64,000 nt of DNA. Source: Moniliella sp. 'wahieum' (lineage: Eukaryota). Of the stretch, positions 36,977 through 50,395 are shown in pieces. A model generated the notes under the pieces. The model was given only the letters and a program-made list of their open reading frames with translations. It made no database searches and was not told the origin of the DNA. Positions within the stretch are counted from its first letter, which is position 1, and every line of letters starts with the position of its first letter. The stretch is taken from positions 1 to 64,000 of the forward strand of contig RSEE01000066.1 in NCBI GenBank assembly GCA_003971905.1, given 5' to 3'. The position numbers and the translations under genes were made by a program.

Positions 36977-38074
36977 ATGCTGAATGGCTCTGTACGGCGC
37001 GATTCGCTTTCCTGGGGCGTGGCTGTTGAACGATGGAGGTGGAGGGGCTGAGAGACTTTGGCTACTTGCAATATATCGATTTCCTCTTTCTACTGGCAGA
37101 ATGGTCTTGTCCGGGGTCATACGAAGGGGGGGGAGGTACCAAAACGCTGCGCAGTATCCTGGCCAGTAAAAAATGGTAGTGAAAGGGCAAGCGGGAACCC
37201 AAGAGAGGTGTTGTACACCATTATTGGCCGTGTTAGCTTCAAGCTAAAACGCTTCGAGCAACACTGCAGGCACAGACTGTCAGGATCGAACATGATGACA
37301 TGGACACCGTGGCTCTGATTGAATGGTACCGTGGTGTGGACGAGAGGATCTCAGCTGCGCTGGTAATCAGGTAGCCTGGACATGCCCCCTTTTGCTCTTG
37401 TCAGTGCTTAACAAAATTGCAACCTGGCGTAGTACCCCTCCAGCATCGTCCCCATCGATGTCATGGAGCATGGCATGCATGCGGATGACTTTGCTTTCAG
37501 CGTCGGACTTGCTTGGCCAGGCTTCCTGCGTCTTCACCCTTCACCCACACTCTTAGTTCCTGATGTTTGGTGCTCTCGCCGTGGCATCTGGCTCCCTGTA
37601 CGCCGATGTAACGAGAAAAAGGAAGTGAGACGCAGGACGAGGCTGCATAAACCGTGCCTGTCCGTCTGTCCTTCGACATCCAATGCCCACTAATGGCGGC
37701 GGCGACCAAAGGTGTACTTCTCGGGCGCTCCTTGGCCTACCATCTCTTGGCCTATACAAACGCAAAAGACGGCATCCCCAATTGAACCGGTCTGATGAAT
37801 CTGACGCCGCAGCCCATAGACACCGCATGACGTCACTCGGCTGCACCCGACTGGGTGCGGCTGCGGCAGCCTACGTCATACGCGCGTCACAGTGCCCGGC
37901 CGTGCGTGACGCGTGACGCGTGACGCGTGAGGCCTGAGGCGGCGGCAGCTGCTGCACACTGGCGTGCTGCTGGGCTGCGTCCGCGCGCTGGGGCAGCCAC
38001 GTTGGCCGCGCCCGCTGGATGCCGCGCACGCCCTCATCCCGCCCTCCATCCCCACCACCCACCCGCCCGTCGCC

Positions 38075-39926
38075 ATGGAAGCCCTCAAGCTGGCGCGCAA
38101 GTACCCCCAGTTCTCCCGCGAGGAGATGCTGGGGCTCATCGACAAGTTCCACGCGATGGATGTCGAGGACCGCGGCAGTGTCGATCGGCAGACCGTCATC
38201 AAAACCCTCGACGAGTCCCGCGTCGCTACCTACGACCAGGTCCGCGAGACCCTCAAGCAAGTCGACATTGACGCCGCGGGCCGTGTCGAGCTGGACGACT
38301 ACGTGGACCTGATGGCAAAGTTGCGGGCGGGCGCTAACAAGGACGCTGGCGACGTTGTCAAGGGCAAAGTCACAGTTCGTGGCGCCAACGCCAGCACCCA
38401 GCATACCATCAACGAAGATGAGCGTCAACAGTTTACCGAGCACATCAACCAGGACTTGGCAGGAGACCCCATTGTGGGGTCCCGCCTCCCGGTCCCCACC
38501 GACACGTTTCAGTTGTTTGACGAGTGCCGTGATGGTCTGATCCTCTGCAAGCTGATCAACTCGGCTGTGCCAGAGACGATTGATGAGCGTGTGCTCAATG
38601 TCCCGAAGCGAGGAAAGGCGGTCAACCAGTTCCAGATGACCGAGAACGGCAATGTGGTCATTTCGTCGGCCAAGGCCATTGGCTGCAGCGTTGTCAACAT
38701 TGGCCCCCAAGACTTGATCGAGGGTCGTGAGCACCTCATCCTTGGCCTAATCTGGCAGATCATTCGCCGCGGACTTCTAAGCAAAATTGACCTCAAGAAC
38801 CACCCCGAGCTGTACCGCCTGCTCGAAGATGACGAGACACTGGAGGAGTTTCTGCGTCTGCCACCGGACCAGATTCTGTTGCGTTGGTTTAACTACCACC
38901 TCAAGGCGGCCAACTGGGACCGGAGGGTGACCAACTTTAGCAAAGATGTCTCGGACGGGCAAAACTATGCGGTTCTCTTGGCCCAAATCAAGCCAGAGGA
39001 ATGCGACCGGTCGCCACTCAAGGAGCCAGAGGTACTGCGCCGCGCCGAACTGTGGTCCTTCAGCAGGCCGATCGAATCGGTTGCCGCAAGTTCTTGACTC
39101 CAGGCGCAATGGTGGCTGGGAACCCGAAGCTGAACTTGGCCTTTGTCGCTCACCTTTTCAACACGTGGCCTTCGCTCGATGCTGTCGAGGACGCTCCACC
39201 GCTGGTGGTGGAGGACTTCGATGCGGAGGGAGAGCGGGAGGCGCGTGTGTTTACCCTGTGGCTCAACTCGCTCGAAGTGGACCCGGGCGTGAACAACTTG
39301 TTTGAGGATCTGAAGGACGGAACCATCATCCTCCAGGCGTTCGACAAGGTTTCTCCTGGCAGTGTGGTGTGGCGCAGGGTGAGCAAACCAAGAAAGGCCA
39401 GACGTTGATGCGTTTCAAGGCTGTGGAGAACTGCAACTATGCCGTCGAGCTGGGGCTCAAGAGTGGGATGCGGCTCGTTGGGATCCAAGGGGCGGACATC
39501 AACGATGGCACCAAGACCTTGGTGCTGGGATTGGTCTGGCAGCTGATGCGCCTCAACATTTCCAAGACACTTGCCAGTCTCGGGAAGGACGGCAAGTCGA
39601 TCTCGGACGTGGAAATCATCACCTGGGCCAACAACAAGGTCCGCTCGGGTGGACGCACGACCCAAATCCGCACACTCAAGGATCCCTCGATCGCTAGCAG
39701 CCGCTTCCTTCTTGACCTTCTTGAGGCCATCCGTCCTGGCATTGTCGACGAGAACTTGGTCACCCCAGCCCAGACTGAGGAGGACGCGAGGCTCAATGCC
39801 AAGTTGGCCATTTCCATTGCCCGCAAGCTTGGCGCCCTCATCTTCCTTGTTCCCGAGGACATTGTGGAGCGGCGCCAGCGTCTCACACTCACTTTCATTG
39901 CCAGCCTTATGGCGTTGCACACGTGA
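38075..39926 (+). CDS. SAC6: fimbrin (EF-hand plus four CH domains), intronless, two apparent indels
   Basis: HTINEDERQQFTEHIN, FDECRDGLILCKLIN, SAKAIGCSVVNIG, HLILGLIWQIIRRGLL, LRLPPDQILLRWFNYHL, GNPKLNLAFVAHLFN, GEREARVFTLWLNSL, NAKLAISIARKLGALIFLVPEDI. Confidence 0.98.
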
Positions 39927-40405
39927 TTGCATACTCTCTCAGCATTGATTACTGGTTTCTTTGAGGCGCCCCCTCCCCCACATCGATGGAGCCAGCTGGC
40001 TTGCTCCTCCCTCAGGTTGTCTCCTGCTGTCGCCCCTGTCCCCACGACGGACTTTGAACCAGAGAGACTGACTGCCTTTTCGTATTGCCTCGAGGCCACA
40101 GGAGAGCAGTGTACAAGTGAACTGCAGAGCAAAATGATTCTGTAACTAATGATTCACGGACCAGATAAATTTTATGAGTCCAGCACGCTTAGGCTCAGCG
40201 CTCAGCAACCCCACGCTCAGCAAGCCAAGTTGACGGAGTCGTCCCTTAGTAAGATTTAGAATTGGTATGCACACTTGGAAGGGTTAAGACGTTGAGGCCT
40301 GAAGCCTGAATAAGCCTGAACAAAAACAATAAAACAAGGATAATTGACGATTCGGTAAATCCACGCTCCTCTTCTCACCTGCCCACTACCGGTTTTGCTG
40401 TGACA

Positions 40406-41807
40406 TCACACATAGAGCGCCACATCCTCGGCTGAGGGACCGATAGGGTCTGCCGAGGAGGCTAGGTTGCACTGGTGGAAAACACGGACCTCCTCTGGGG
40501 TAAACGCGCCAACGACCGAATGAAGCACACCGCTGTTGTGGAAGAGCACCATGTCCCCTCTTTCTTCATCTTCGGTCGCAGCCCAGTCGTGGCAGTACAC
40601 GTATTCCGGCCCAATTCCCGGCCGCTGGAACGCATAGACAAACTCCCGCACTTGCTTTAGGTCGGTCAGGTGCGCACCCTCGGGGTAGAGACTGGCATCA
40701 GTTCCAACCGTGCTAGGGCCCTGCAAGGGCTCGATGATCACCTCCTTGATTGCAGAAGGGTGGACTTGTAGGTGCAGTTCGCCTGTGCCCAAGTTCTTCC
40801 AAAGCTGACAAAGCGAACGTGGACAATGTGGTGGTTAGGAACGGCAACGAAAGGGGACTTCGACATGGAGGGCAGCTACAAGACGTACCATGGGCAAGAT
40901 CTTGATTTTACTCGGCTCAATTGGTGGCAGCTGGTCCGTCGACAGCTCCTTGCCTTCCGACACGAGCCCGAGCCCGGTCGAGTTGGACCGCGCGCCGCTC
41001 ATCCAAATGTATGGGTGGGCAGCATACACGATTTTGGTGCGCACTGCCACTGACTTTTCGGCGGGCGACAGACGGTCGAACATGGTCTTACCCGACACAA
41101 CTAGGCACGAGAGCACCAAATGGGGGGTCAGTATTGGTTTCTCTATCGACAGCAACAAGGGGAGGATGTACATACAGGCGGTCGTACCCAGGGGGACGGT
41201 CAGTTCATCCCCTGTGCCGTCATCGTACCGCAGCGTCTGACGGCGGCCTTGGGCACACGCAGGCCATAGAGGGTCGTGACCCGTGGGTGGCCAGGTCGTA
41301 GAGGGCGCTGTCGATGTGCCAACGGTAAAACCGAGTAACCTGGGTATCCTCTTCATCGGGGACGTGGGTGTGATGGAACGTACGGTGGTGGGGGTGTTTG
41401 AGCTGGATGTTGGTCAAGCCCGTGCGCCGGCACAAATCCATTGCCAATCACTTGGACTTGGGGTTGGCGTGGGACGGTTTTGAGGTCCGGGTGCAGGATG
41501 GAGTTCTTTTGGGGACCGCCATTGCCATGTCCGTAGGAATCGCTGCTGGGGTCAAACGCCTTGGTTAGCGCATACTGCGCCTCGGGACTGACCTTGGCAT
41601 TGGGGAAGACAATGACAGAGTGCTTGTAGAGGGCATCGCGGATCGCTTGCACCAGTTCCGCATTGTCACTCAGTGTATCAAAGTCAATGTCACTTGTCAC
41701 CAGACGACCAAAGTCTGGGTCGAGCGCGCTTCCGCTGGCCGAGCGTTGGGCGTGGAAAGCGTCTGGGGGATGGGCGCAGGAAGGGGGGCAAGGGTCAAGA
41801 GGGACAT
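40406..41807 (-). CDS. xanA: Fe(II)/2-oxoglutarate-dependent xanthine dioxygenase (TauD/TfdA family, XanA-type)
   Basis: AQYALTKAFDP, SILHPDLKTVPRQPQVQVIGNG, TRFYRWHIDSALY (HxD), GRRQTLRYDDGTGDELTVPLGTTA, YAAHPYIWM, GDMVLFHNSGVLHSVVGAF, FHQCNLASS. Introns 41101-41175 and 40805-40888. TATATAAA on the minus strand at about 41973-41980. Confidence 0.9.
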
Positions 41808-43055
41808 GGCGACCGGTGCGGATGGGGTTGTTGGTGGAGGTGGTCAAGGGGCAGAGTGCGATTGGGGAGAAAGAGGTGAGCTTCGGCGAGTGGATGCTGG
41901 AGTTGATCCCGTGGGTGATACGAAACGCTCGGGTGTTTGTGGGGTGGACACAAGTGAGAAAATGTGTAGGCGTTTATATACCGGCGGCACGCCCCTGGGT
42001 CAGTACCGAGTCGCATGGCAGTGCACGAGGGTGGCGTTTCACATGCGATGCGGCTGGCACAACGCCCTGCGAAGGAGGGATTGCTCCCGGGGGCATGGAT
42101 GTCAAGCCGATGGCCCGGCTGGGACGGAAGGATGTCCGCATCCTTGCCTGAAAGGCATTGGCTTCGGGCGCTTCGGCGTGGCAGGCCGAACCCCAATGAA
42201 AGCGGAAGCTGTACAATAAACGCCACGGCACATGTTGAGACGAGTGCCGAAGAGAGGCGCTGATCTGCCGCTCTTCCCGCTGCTTGCGCGGCTATACAAG
42301 CAACCCAGCAGTGCGCGCTCCCGAGAGATAAGCCTCCCCCATCTGCATCGACAGCCACAGCCACTGCAGAGTGTGGATGGCCTTCGATGTCCGACACGCG
42401 GTGGAGCAGCTAGCCGGAGAGTCCGGAACAGCAGCCGAACAATAAACGATGCCATCGGAAAAGCCTCTGTGGATCAGATTTCAAAACTTTCAATCTTTGA
42501 ACGTTCGGAAGCGCGCTTGAAGCGCACTGTGGGACACTGGGGGCATGTGGTGGAATGTAACTGCAGGAGCGGAATTGAGGTGTGGGTGCTGCCCCACCAT
42601 GTACGAGCTATATACCAGAGTGGAAGGACGGCGACAACCTATCCGGCACGGCTTCCGTACTCGACGACTTCTCGGGACAAGGCAGGACTCGGTACGCAGT
42701 ATTCGGTACACTCAGGGCGAGGACACTTTACTAGTACTTAGGCTTTAGTAACGAGCAGCGTTGACAATGCCAATCGTGACGGGCGTGGTGGGTGGTCTCT
42801 GTGGCTCTCGGAGCGATTCCCGTATGATTCGGGCCCCACATCGTTTTCATACCTCTCCTCGTCTGTCGACTGGGGGCAAAATGCTTGGACACTGGAAGGA
42901 TTTGATTACCGAATCTCAATGGAGATGATCCACCGCTCAGATGTCTACCATGTTCATCCGTATCCACACCGCTTCCTCTTGGGTATGGGAACGGATGGCG
43001 GGCATCAGAGGGTCCTTCCTGATCCTCTGGTGATCCCACTGTGATTCCCTAGCGG

Positions 43056-43914
43056 TGTTACGGGCGCTCCGGTTATCTCCGGTCGCTGAGCCCCGCATGT
43101 CGTAGACATCTCAGTCCAACACGCGTCAGTCCGGTTAGACTAGCGAGAGAGAGAGCCAGTCGACACCTTATCCTTGCTGCGGATATCATCCGCGGCCCGC
43201 CATGGCCGCATGGGCTTATCGGTACGATCTGCTTGTGCCTATTGCGTCCAGTCTTGTCAGAACCCTTCCTGCTGCGCCCGACTGCGCAGCGTCGGCGCTT
43301 GGGAAGCAAGGGCTGTGCATTAGTCTTTACCTTTCTGGGAAGTGCCCCGCATTCTGTCTATACCTGTCATGAGGCACTTGAGGCCTGGTTCCTTCTGCTG
43401 TATATAAGCAGCCATGTCTAAGGCTTGCTAGCTGTGGTCCTTGTCGACCATCCTGTCTATTACCGTTGGTCTCCCCGACTACCAGTTCCTCTCTCGCCCT
43501 TCCACCTTCTCCACACCCTTACGCTTACGAATTTACGACTTACGTCGAGTGCACTGCAAGCCGCGGTTACTCACATCAGTAGCGCTTTTTGCTCTTCTTT
43601 AGGACTCTGTCTGTTCCCGCAGCTACAGCGTACCAAGTGTGGTAACGCTGCGAGGAACAGAGTATTCCGGAGCTCCTGGACCCCTTCAGCTGGTCTAACG
43701 ACCTACGTACACGGCCCCTACCTCGGAGGGTCTGGACTGCGGCCTTTGCCCGCAGGCAGCCACCCAAACTAGAGTGTCTCTCCCTAGCCTCTACACCACG
43801 CTCGGTTCAACCAGGATCTGGAGCAAGACCTAACGTACGAGCCACCGATTGATCTGTCCAAGGGTTTATACCCCTAAACTACAGGGGGGTCCCACCTCGG
43901 GATCCCCCATGACA
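43056..43914 (+). mobile_element. solo LTR (859 bp), family A, with 5-bp target-site duplication AGCGG
   Basis: AGCGG|TGTTACGGG...CCCCATGACA|AGCGG, with the TSD at 43051-43055 and 43915-43919. Internal TATATAA at about 43400. Homologous copy at 23344-24053. Confidence 0.92.
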
Positions 43915-44395
43915 AGCGGGATTGGAGGTATGAAGTAGGTGTAAATGGGTCGATTTAGGCGCAGCGTTTCTTTTTCCCAGCCTTAAGCTCTACTGCCAAT
44001 GATATGGATGCAATATAGAGATTATGTGCTACTTCCGACTATATATGGCTTCCTATGGCATATGTCAAAGCCTGGTGGAGGAAGGGCTGCTATAATAGGG
44101 TGCCCGGCACCGCACATCTACTTAGGGATGCCACCAATCGGTTTCGGTCGGGTGGTGCAAGTCGAAAGGCGGTCCGACGTCTACATTCCCGTTCTATATA
44201 TACTGCAGACAAAAGTGATGAGCTGTAGTGCAAGTAAAATGTATACTATAAAAGGTCGCCGGATGCCATTGGTTGAGGAGGAAGTGAGCCGAGCTACCTG
44301 TTTCTCCTGACGTGCGACTGCGAGTCCATCAGTCTCTTGCTATATCTACTCGGTTATATCTTTAGAATGGTGGACCAATCGAACAAAGCAAACCG

Positions 44396-44729
44396 CGATA
44401 CGATTCTGGAACGGGACACGAACGATACGATTCTGGAACGGGACACGAAAGGATAATGTGGGGAGGGATGGGGAGGTCTCAGCCACAGTTGGGGAGACGG
44501 AGGGTACTATGAGAAACATTGGAGTCATCCAGAGGCCACAACAGGGGGAAGAGTAGAACAAGGTACTTGCACTATAATGATTTAGTGTTGTACGATGAGT
44601 GAGACGAAAAGCGGAAGGGGGGGGGGTCTCAACCACAATTGGGGAAACGGAGGGTAATTGACATTGGAGTCATCGAGAGGTCACCAAAAGGGGAAAGTAT
44701 AATAGTAGTGCAATAAGGCACTTGCACTA
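44396..44729. repeat. local tandem duplications (27 bp x2; diverged about 100-bp block x2)
   Basis: cgatacgattctggaacgggacacgaa at 44396-44422 and 44423-44449. ggtctca.ccaca.ttgggga.acggagggta...cattggagtcatc.agagg...cttgcacta at about 44475-44574 and 44625-44729. Confidence 0.85.
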
Positions 44730-44763
44730 CGCAGATTGTGTCGTGCTCTTCCGCCGTTTTTGC

Positions 44764-46306
44764 TCAGGTGGGAAGAGAGAGGCACATCGATGAGGGCCAC
44801 GACAAGAGGTGGAGGCCAGGCTCCAGGTTGGCCAAGTAGTGTGCATCCATCCCCATCACCTTGGTCAGCCAAGGGGGCCAGTGCCGGCCCGTGTTATCCA
44901 TCGGGAGCAGCTCGATGCCCAGCACCCCGGCTTGCGTGTTATGGGCATTGGCCAGGTAACACTGCAACCAAACTCAGTCAGCATCTTGGCCTCGACAAGG
45001 TGAGCTGGCTCGCACGGCCTTTTGAGCGGCCTCGCCTCCACGCGCCACACGACCACGCTTCGCTGGTCCTTCTCCAAGGGCTGCAATCTTCGGTTTCAAT
45101 ACTTGTGGCGGTTCCATTCCCGGCCGTTGAAAAATTTCCTTTGCTGCTTCTTGGACAGATGGTGGAGCGATGGGCCTCCCACTTGCTGCGCTGCAAACTC
45201 CTGCAGTGTGAATTGGGAAGAAAGAAGAGTGCCGTACCAGAAGGGACGGAACCTGTCGCCGTTCATCCGTGCACAGCCTGGGGCGAAGGGTCGAAGGGGA
45301 TCAGGGTGAGGGAAGAGGCGCACATCACTTTCGTCTTCTTCATACGAATCAGTCTCCCACTGCCCTCCCAGTTGTTGGGGGCCATACGCGGAAGCGTAGG
45401 ACTCGGAGGGTCGTCGTTGCTTGCCGCGTTGCTTGCCGATGCAGCTTCGTTCACCGCATCCTCTTCCGCCAATGTGGAGGAGGGTGGGCCGAACAAAGGG
45501 GAGTCGGGGTGTGGGCTTGGTGGTCCACTGTTGGTTGTCCGCCTCGTCCTCTTGCTCGGACTCTGTGGGACGGAAGAAATCGTCGTCAGACCAAACGGGC
45601 GTGGCGCCCCCATGTTGATCAGGTCCTGCACCGAGGACTCATCGGACTCAGAGTATTCCTCACTCACTTCCCCGTCCCACTCCTCGTCTGAAGATTCGGA
45701 GGAGGAGGCGTGTTGTCGTCCCACTCTTTGGCTTCAAACTTTTGGAGATTTTCTTCAAACCGATCGAGGATCGCATCAAGGTCGGCATTGAACATGGCGG
45801 TACGCTTCCGCTGCGCCCGAGTCCTCCGATCATGCTCCTGTTGGGTACGTGGCGGAAACAGAAATCGTTCGCCGGGCACCTCCACCCGCTCGCGGCGCAA
45901 CGTTGCCTTGAGCTTCAACTTCCACTTGGGCTCAGATTTGGGGATCGGGTTTGAGCGCAGCTTCTTGGTAGGTAGACGCCGGTACGAGGCCCCGTGTCCT
46001 CATCCTCATCCTCGTCGCCCAGGAACGAAAACGGGCGCTTGGCCCTGGGGCTGGATGAAGCAGGCACGGCGGGGGGGCTGGTAACGGGGGGTGAATGTAC
46101 CGTCGGAAGCTGTTCGTTCGTGTTAGGATGGCTGTGTGGCCCAGTGTGAGCGAAAGGAAGACGGGTACATACTCGCTTTGCCGGCCGGTCAAACACGTCG
46201 GATTCAAAGATATCATTGGCCTCCATATCGGCCCGGGCCGCTTATTGGCGCTGGAATGGAACGGCGCACTGCCGCTGGCGTGGGCTGCGTTGCTTGATGC
46301 AGGCAT
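44764..46306 (-). CDS. hypothetical protein, fragmented by indels
   Basis: ATG at 46306. Successive minus-strand pieces MEANDIFESDVFDRPAKRV, LKATLRRERVEVPGERF...DLDAILDRFEENLQKF, acidic SSDEEWDGEVSEEYSESDES and DRFRPFWYGTLLSS. No family recognised. Confidence 0.45.
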
Positions 46307-49300
46307 GATCGTCGTGAGGCGACTGGATAGCGGGTAGGTGAGGAGATGGATGGATGGTGGTGGTGAGGAGGAGGGCGAGAAGAGGAGGGGCGGCGGTATT
46401 TAACTGGATTGGATCGGGAGCCCGTCATGGGTAGGGAAAGCATATCATGCATCATGCATCATGCATCATGCATCAACACCCAAAAATAAAAAAATACCCT
46501 GTTTCAGTCTGTCTCACATCGAGGGGTGGTGGGTTCGGGCATGAGGGAAGTGTGCTAGACACCCACACCCTCGGGGTGTCGGCGGCAAGCCGGTCGCACG
46601 CACTACGCCGCAGGCCCGTGCACATGATATGCGCGTGCACATGCCACATGTCACCCGGCCACCTACTGCCGACGCTTGAGGGTGCGCTACTGTGCGAGTG
46701 GGCCTGGCCAGTAGGGTGCCCCCGGCCAGACGCTTGTGTCCGGCGCTGCAAGCGACATGCTTCACAGCTCGCACCCCTGCGGGCCAGCAGCACATCGAAT
46801 TGCACGTGACGCGTGACACGAGTTGAGGCCGACGCCGAAAGAAGCCCAACACCAGACAGCCTCCCCTTCCTTGTCTGTCCTGCCCTCCCTCCAGCCACTT
46901 GGCCGCATGCTCGTGGCCCCATTCCATCGTCTGGTCGGACATCTGAACCTAGTACTACTCCAGTCCCGACACTGGACACGCACTCATCACGATCTACTAA
47001 TGGGAATCTCTGATGAGACGGGACTGTGCCCCGGTACCTCAGTTTTGGAAGCGGTAACCACAGACACTTTCCTTCGAGAGTGTCAGGGCGCTGTCCTCCC
47101 CCGACGGAGACCCCACCAGGGCATCAGATGCTTGACGCACGATGCCCGACGGGTGACCACACCCGGATTGAGATCTGGATGGGACAAAAACGAGACGACC
47201 TCAGGCAAAGCATCCGTCGAGACAAACTGACGTGCATATATAATTGTGGGTAGCACGTTGAGGATCCAAGGGTTATGGAAGAAGGACCTCTGAGTAAATG
47301 AAGTATATAGATGCACCATGTACACCTTACTTTGCTGTGCTAGGCAAGTGTTTCGTCCAAGGCGCCGTTCCACGCTGGAGAGTAGGGCTGGTCGTAGATA
47401 CGGAGAGTAGGGTTAGGCTTGGAGACGGGAACGGGTTGAAGCTCCGTTGGGCCACAACCTTTGGCACCATCAACAGCCGCACTCATCCTACCACCCATGC
47501 AAGGCATGCCACATCGCCGGGCACCGCCCTGGCCGACGCGTGGATCAGTCTCCGTTGATTTTTGACCAACGTGACTTGTCCGCTTTGATCCGCACATTCA
47601 GACCCGACGTTGGGGCAGGCCTGCTCACCAAGTGCATCTGCCACGGCCCTGCTTCGGGGGTTGTGATCCGCCCCATCACCCATGGGGGGTTGAACTACCG
47701 GCGGCATGCCACCGGTATAGTTCGAGCGATCAGATCTCCAGGATTCGCACTCAACTTTCGCACGTGCGCCGAACGGCAACTGGCCCAGATACGGGAGGAT
47801 GGACTTGTGGTCCTGCGTACTTGCGTGTGGGAGGGGAGGATTAGGTGTGGGAGAAGAGCCGACAGGAAATCTGCTCAAGACGCTCAACGGCTCAGATTGG
47901 GCTCCAGCTCCGCACCTTCAGCTGTTCCACGCGCAGCGTGTGCAAGAGTGATGGCAGTCCTCTCTTGAGCACATCATGGCTCGCACCCGCACCCAGTCCA
48001 AGTGTGGTGCATTGCATGAGTCAGTGTGGGATCCTATCCTGCAGTTCGTGCGCTCCAATCCCGGAATCCACCTCCACAACGAGCCTAGAGGGCGGTGTCC
48101 CGAGAGATACCCAACGCCTTTTTTGGAACGCCAGGAGGAGGAACTGCTTCGACTGCTGGAATTCAGCAAAATGCGACAATGCCACGTACCACGGGCGCCC
48201 TCACAAGAACCTTTCTTCTCTCCAGTTATTACGACACTAGGATACTATGCCACCAAGACGGCGAGCAAGGTATTTCCATGTGCCTCGTATGGGGCCAAGA
48301 AAGGAACGCCCCCTCGCACGACCCCATGGGGTAGGCCCCGCGGCCCATGCGCGATCAATAAGTGATGACGCCCCACCCGCACTCGGCGGAGCGGGCGTCA
48401 AGAGCAGTCTGCATCGAGACGTATGGTTGCTCTCGGGTGGGGCGATGGTGCACCCGGTGGAGTTGTAGAGAGTGTGTGTACCATTCGGCATCATCATCCC
48501 CCATCGGATAATGTGATGGTTGCGGCCCTTGTCCAAACGAGAATGTCAATCAGGTGTGTGGACGGCTTCTTGCAGCAACGTAGCCGACAAGGAAAGAGAG
48601 CACAAGGATAGCATCTGTACGCGCGCAACGCGAGCAACGCTGTAAGTGTTGATGCTAGTAATTCAGACAAGAGCTGCGCCTAGCACCTGAGCGGAGGAGG
48701 CCCCAAATAAAGGCCAGAAAGACGGATCCGTGCAACAAATCACGATCAATAGAATAGGAGAAAAAACGCGACACACGCATCAATGGATGCTCCACGTTTT
48801 AGGCCTGCTTGGGGAACAACGAAGGGCGGTCGAGCTCCGGCGGAACTAGGAGCGACGTCAGTCGTCAGGAGGGCTCTTGTCAATTTAGTGCGCCAAACCA
48901 GCAGTAAACCCCCCACCCCCCTTTAACGGATCGAAGAGAAATCAGAAAGCGTGACAGCTACAAGCAACCCTGATTAAGGCGATACTCCCATTCGATGCCC
49001 CCCCCCGCGCCAAAAAGGGGCGAAGGCCGTGTCGTTGAGCGACATACCGTCGGGTATAGCACTGCAATCGGCAGCATGGTTATTTTCCCAAATGCATGCA
49101 GGAGAATAATGTCGGTACTCGGGTGGAGTTCTGAAGTGATGTCTTTTGGCGCACAGTGAAGCATTCGCAAATCGCACACCCCCATCCAGGGCCGGCGGAA
49201 GACCGTGAGTCTGGCCAGCACGAAAAAACGCGAACAATGAGCATACCTGTGGGGGATGCCACCTAAAAAGAACACAGAAGTTGTGCGCGCGAGCTTGACT

Positions 49301-50395
49301 TGGGTGCGCTCCACGAAACCCCGAGTCGCGGGACCATAGAATCGACTCGCTTGAGTTGCGAGCGGGGAATGAGGGGGGCTGCTTGCCATTACCATGGGAG
49401 CTAGAAAAAAATTACTCAGGAAAGGTCTTGCTTCACAAGGGGAGGTATGCTGCGAGATCTTCGGGTCAGGGGGCGATCAGCGGCGCTCGCCGATTCGCGC
49501 TTATACTCCGCATCTCTTGGAAGAGAGGGGGGCACTCCGTCCAATGGGCATATCACGGGCAGGAGGCGGCGATCGTGGGGGCATGGCGAGTGTGGCGTGC
49601 GGAGCGCGACCAGGTGTTGGTGAGCCGTGGGGACTTTGCGTAGGAGGCAAATTAGGCGCCCCTCAAGGGAGGCACGCGCGTACAGCAGCGGTATGGTAGT
49701 ACCATTCTAGGCTAGGATGAGCGAGCAAAGGCCGGCAGAGGCAGTCGGCCAAGGCTGCGGACCGCACTCGATGGGGCCATGCGTGGATGACGTGATCACG
49801 CGGACGATGCACATCCGCTGTTCAAGTTCAAAAAGGCCGCTCGATCGCGCTCAATGCTTCGTTTTGGCAGGCAGCCACCACCAGCATCCGTTTGCTGCTG
49901 TCCCCATCCTTGTTGCTCGCCTGTCCCTGTGGCTTGCTCGTCGCTTTCGTCGAAACGCCTTTCATCAGCGGCCCAACGGCCCCATATCCCGTATTGCTTC
50001 CGCAGCTGATGCATGGACCAGATGCAGCCGTCGGTGGAGGGGTGGTCATTTTTTCAATTAATAACCCGCAACGGTTGTCTAGCAGCAAAGGTTTTGTGCA
50101 TAGCTAGCTGGTTGGCAACGTTGCAACGCCGCTGAAGCGCCAAGTACGTCAGGTTGACTGTTGTACCCGCGATGCAGATGCTGTAGATGCGCTCGGGGTG
50201 CTGGCGATGTGTGCGGAACCGATTGGCAGTTTGGAGGAGTCTTCTCGACCCAGAGGAACGGCCAATTTCATTCGCAGCACAGGAGGGCGCCACATGAGGG
50301 CTGAGGCTCAACATTGAGCCTCCCTCCCCCACTCCATCATTGCCGCCCCGGGCAATCTCAAGGGCCATGACGAGCCGGACCCAACGCCAGAAACG

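Noticed and set aside
42173..42189. UaY-type TCGG-N6-CCGA site upstream of xanA
   Set aside because: The spacer is 9 nt, not 6.
47300..48620. degenerate gene or DIRS/Ngaro-like remnant (Cys/His-rich pieces, PFGII)
   Set aside because: No continuous frame and no recognisable RT or recombinase motif; a call cannot be supported.
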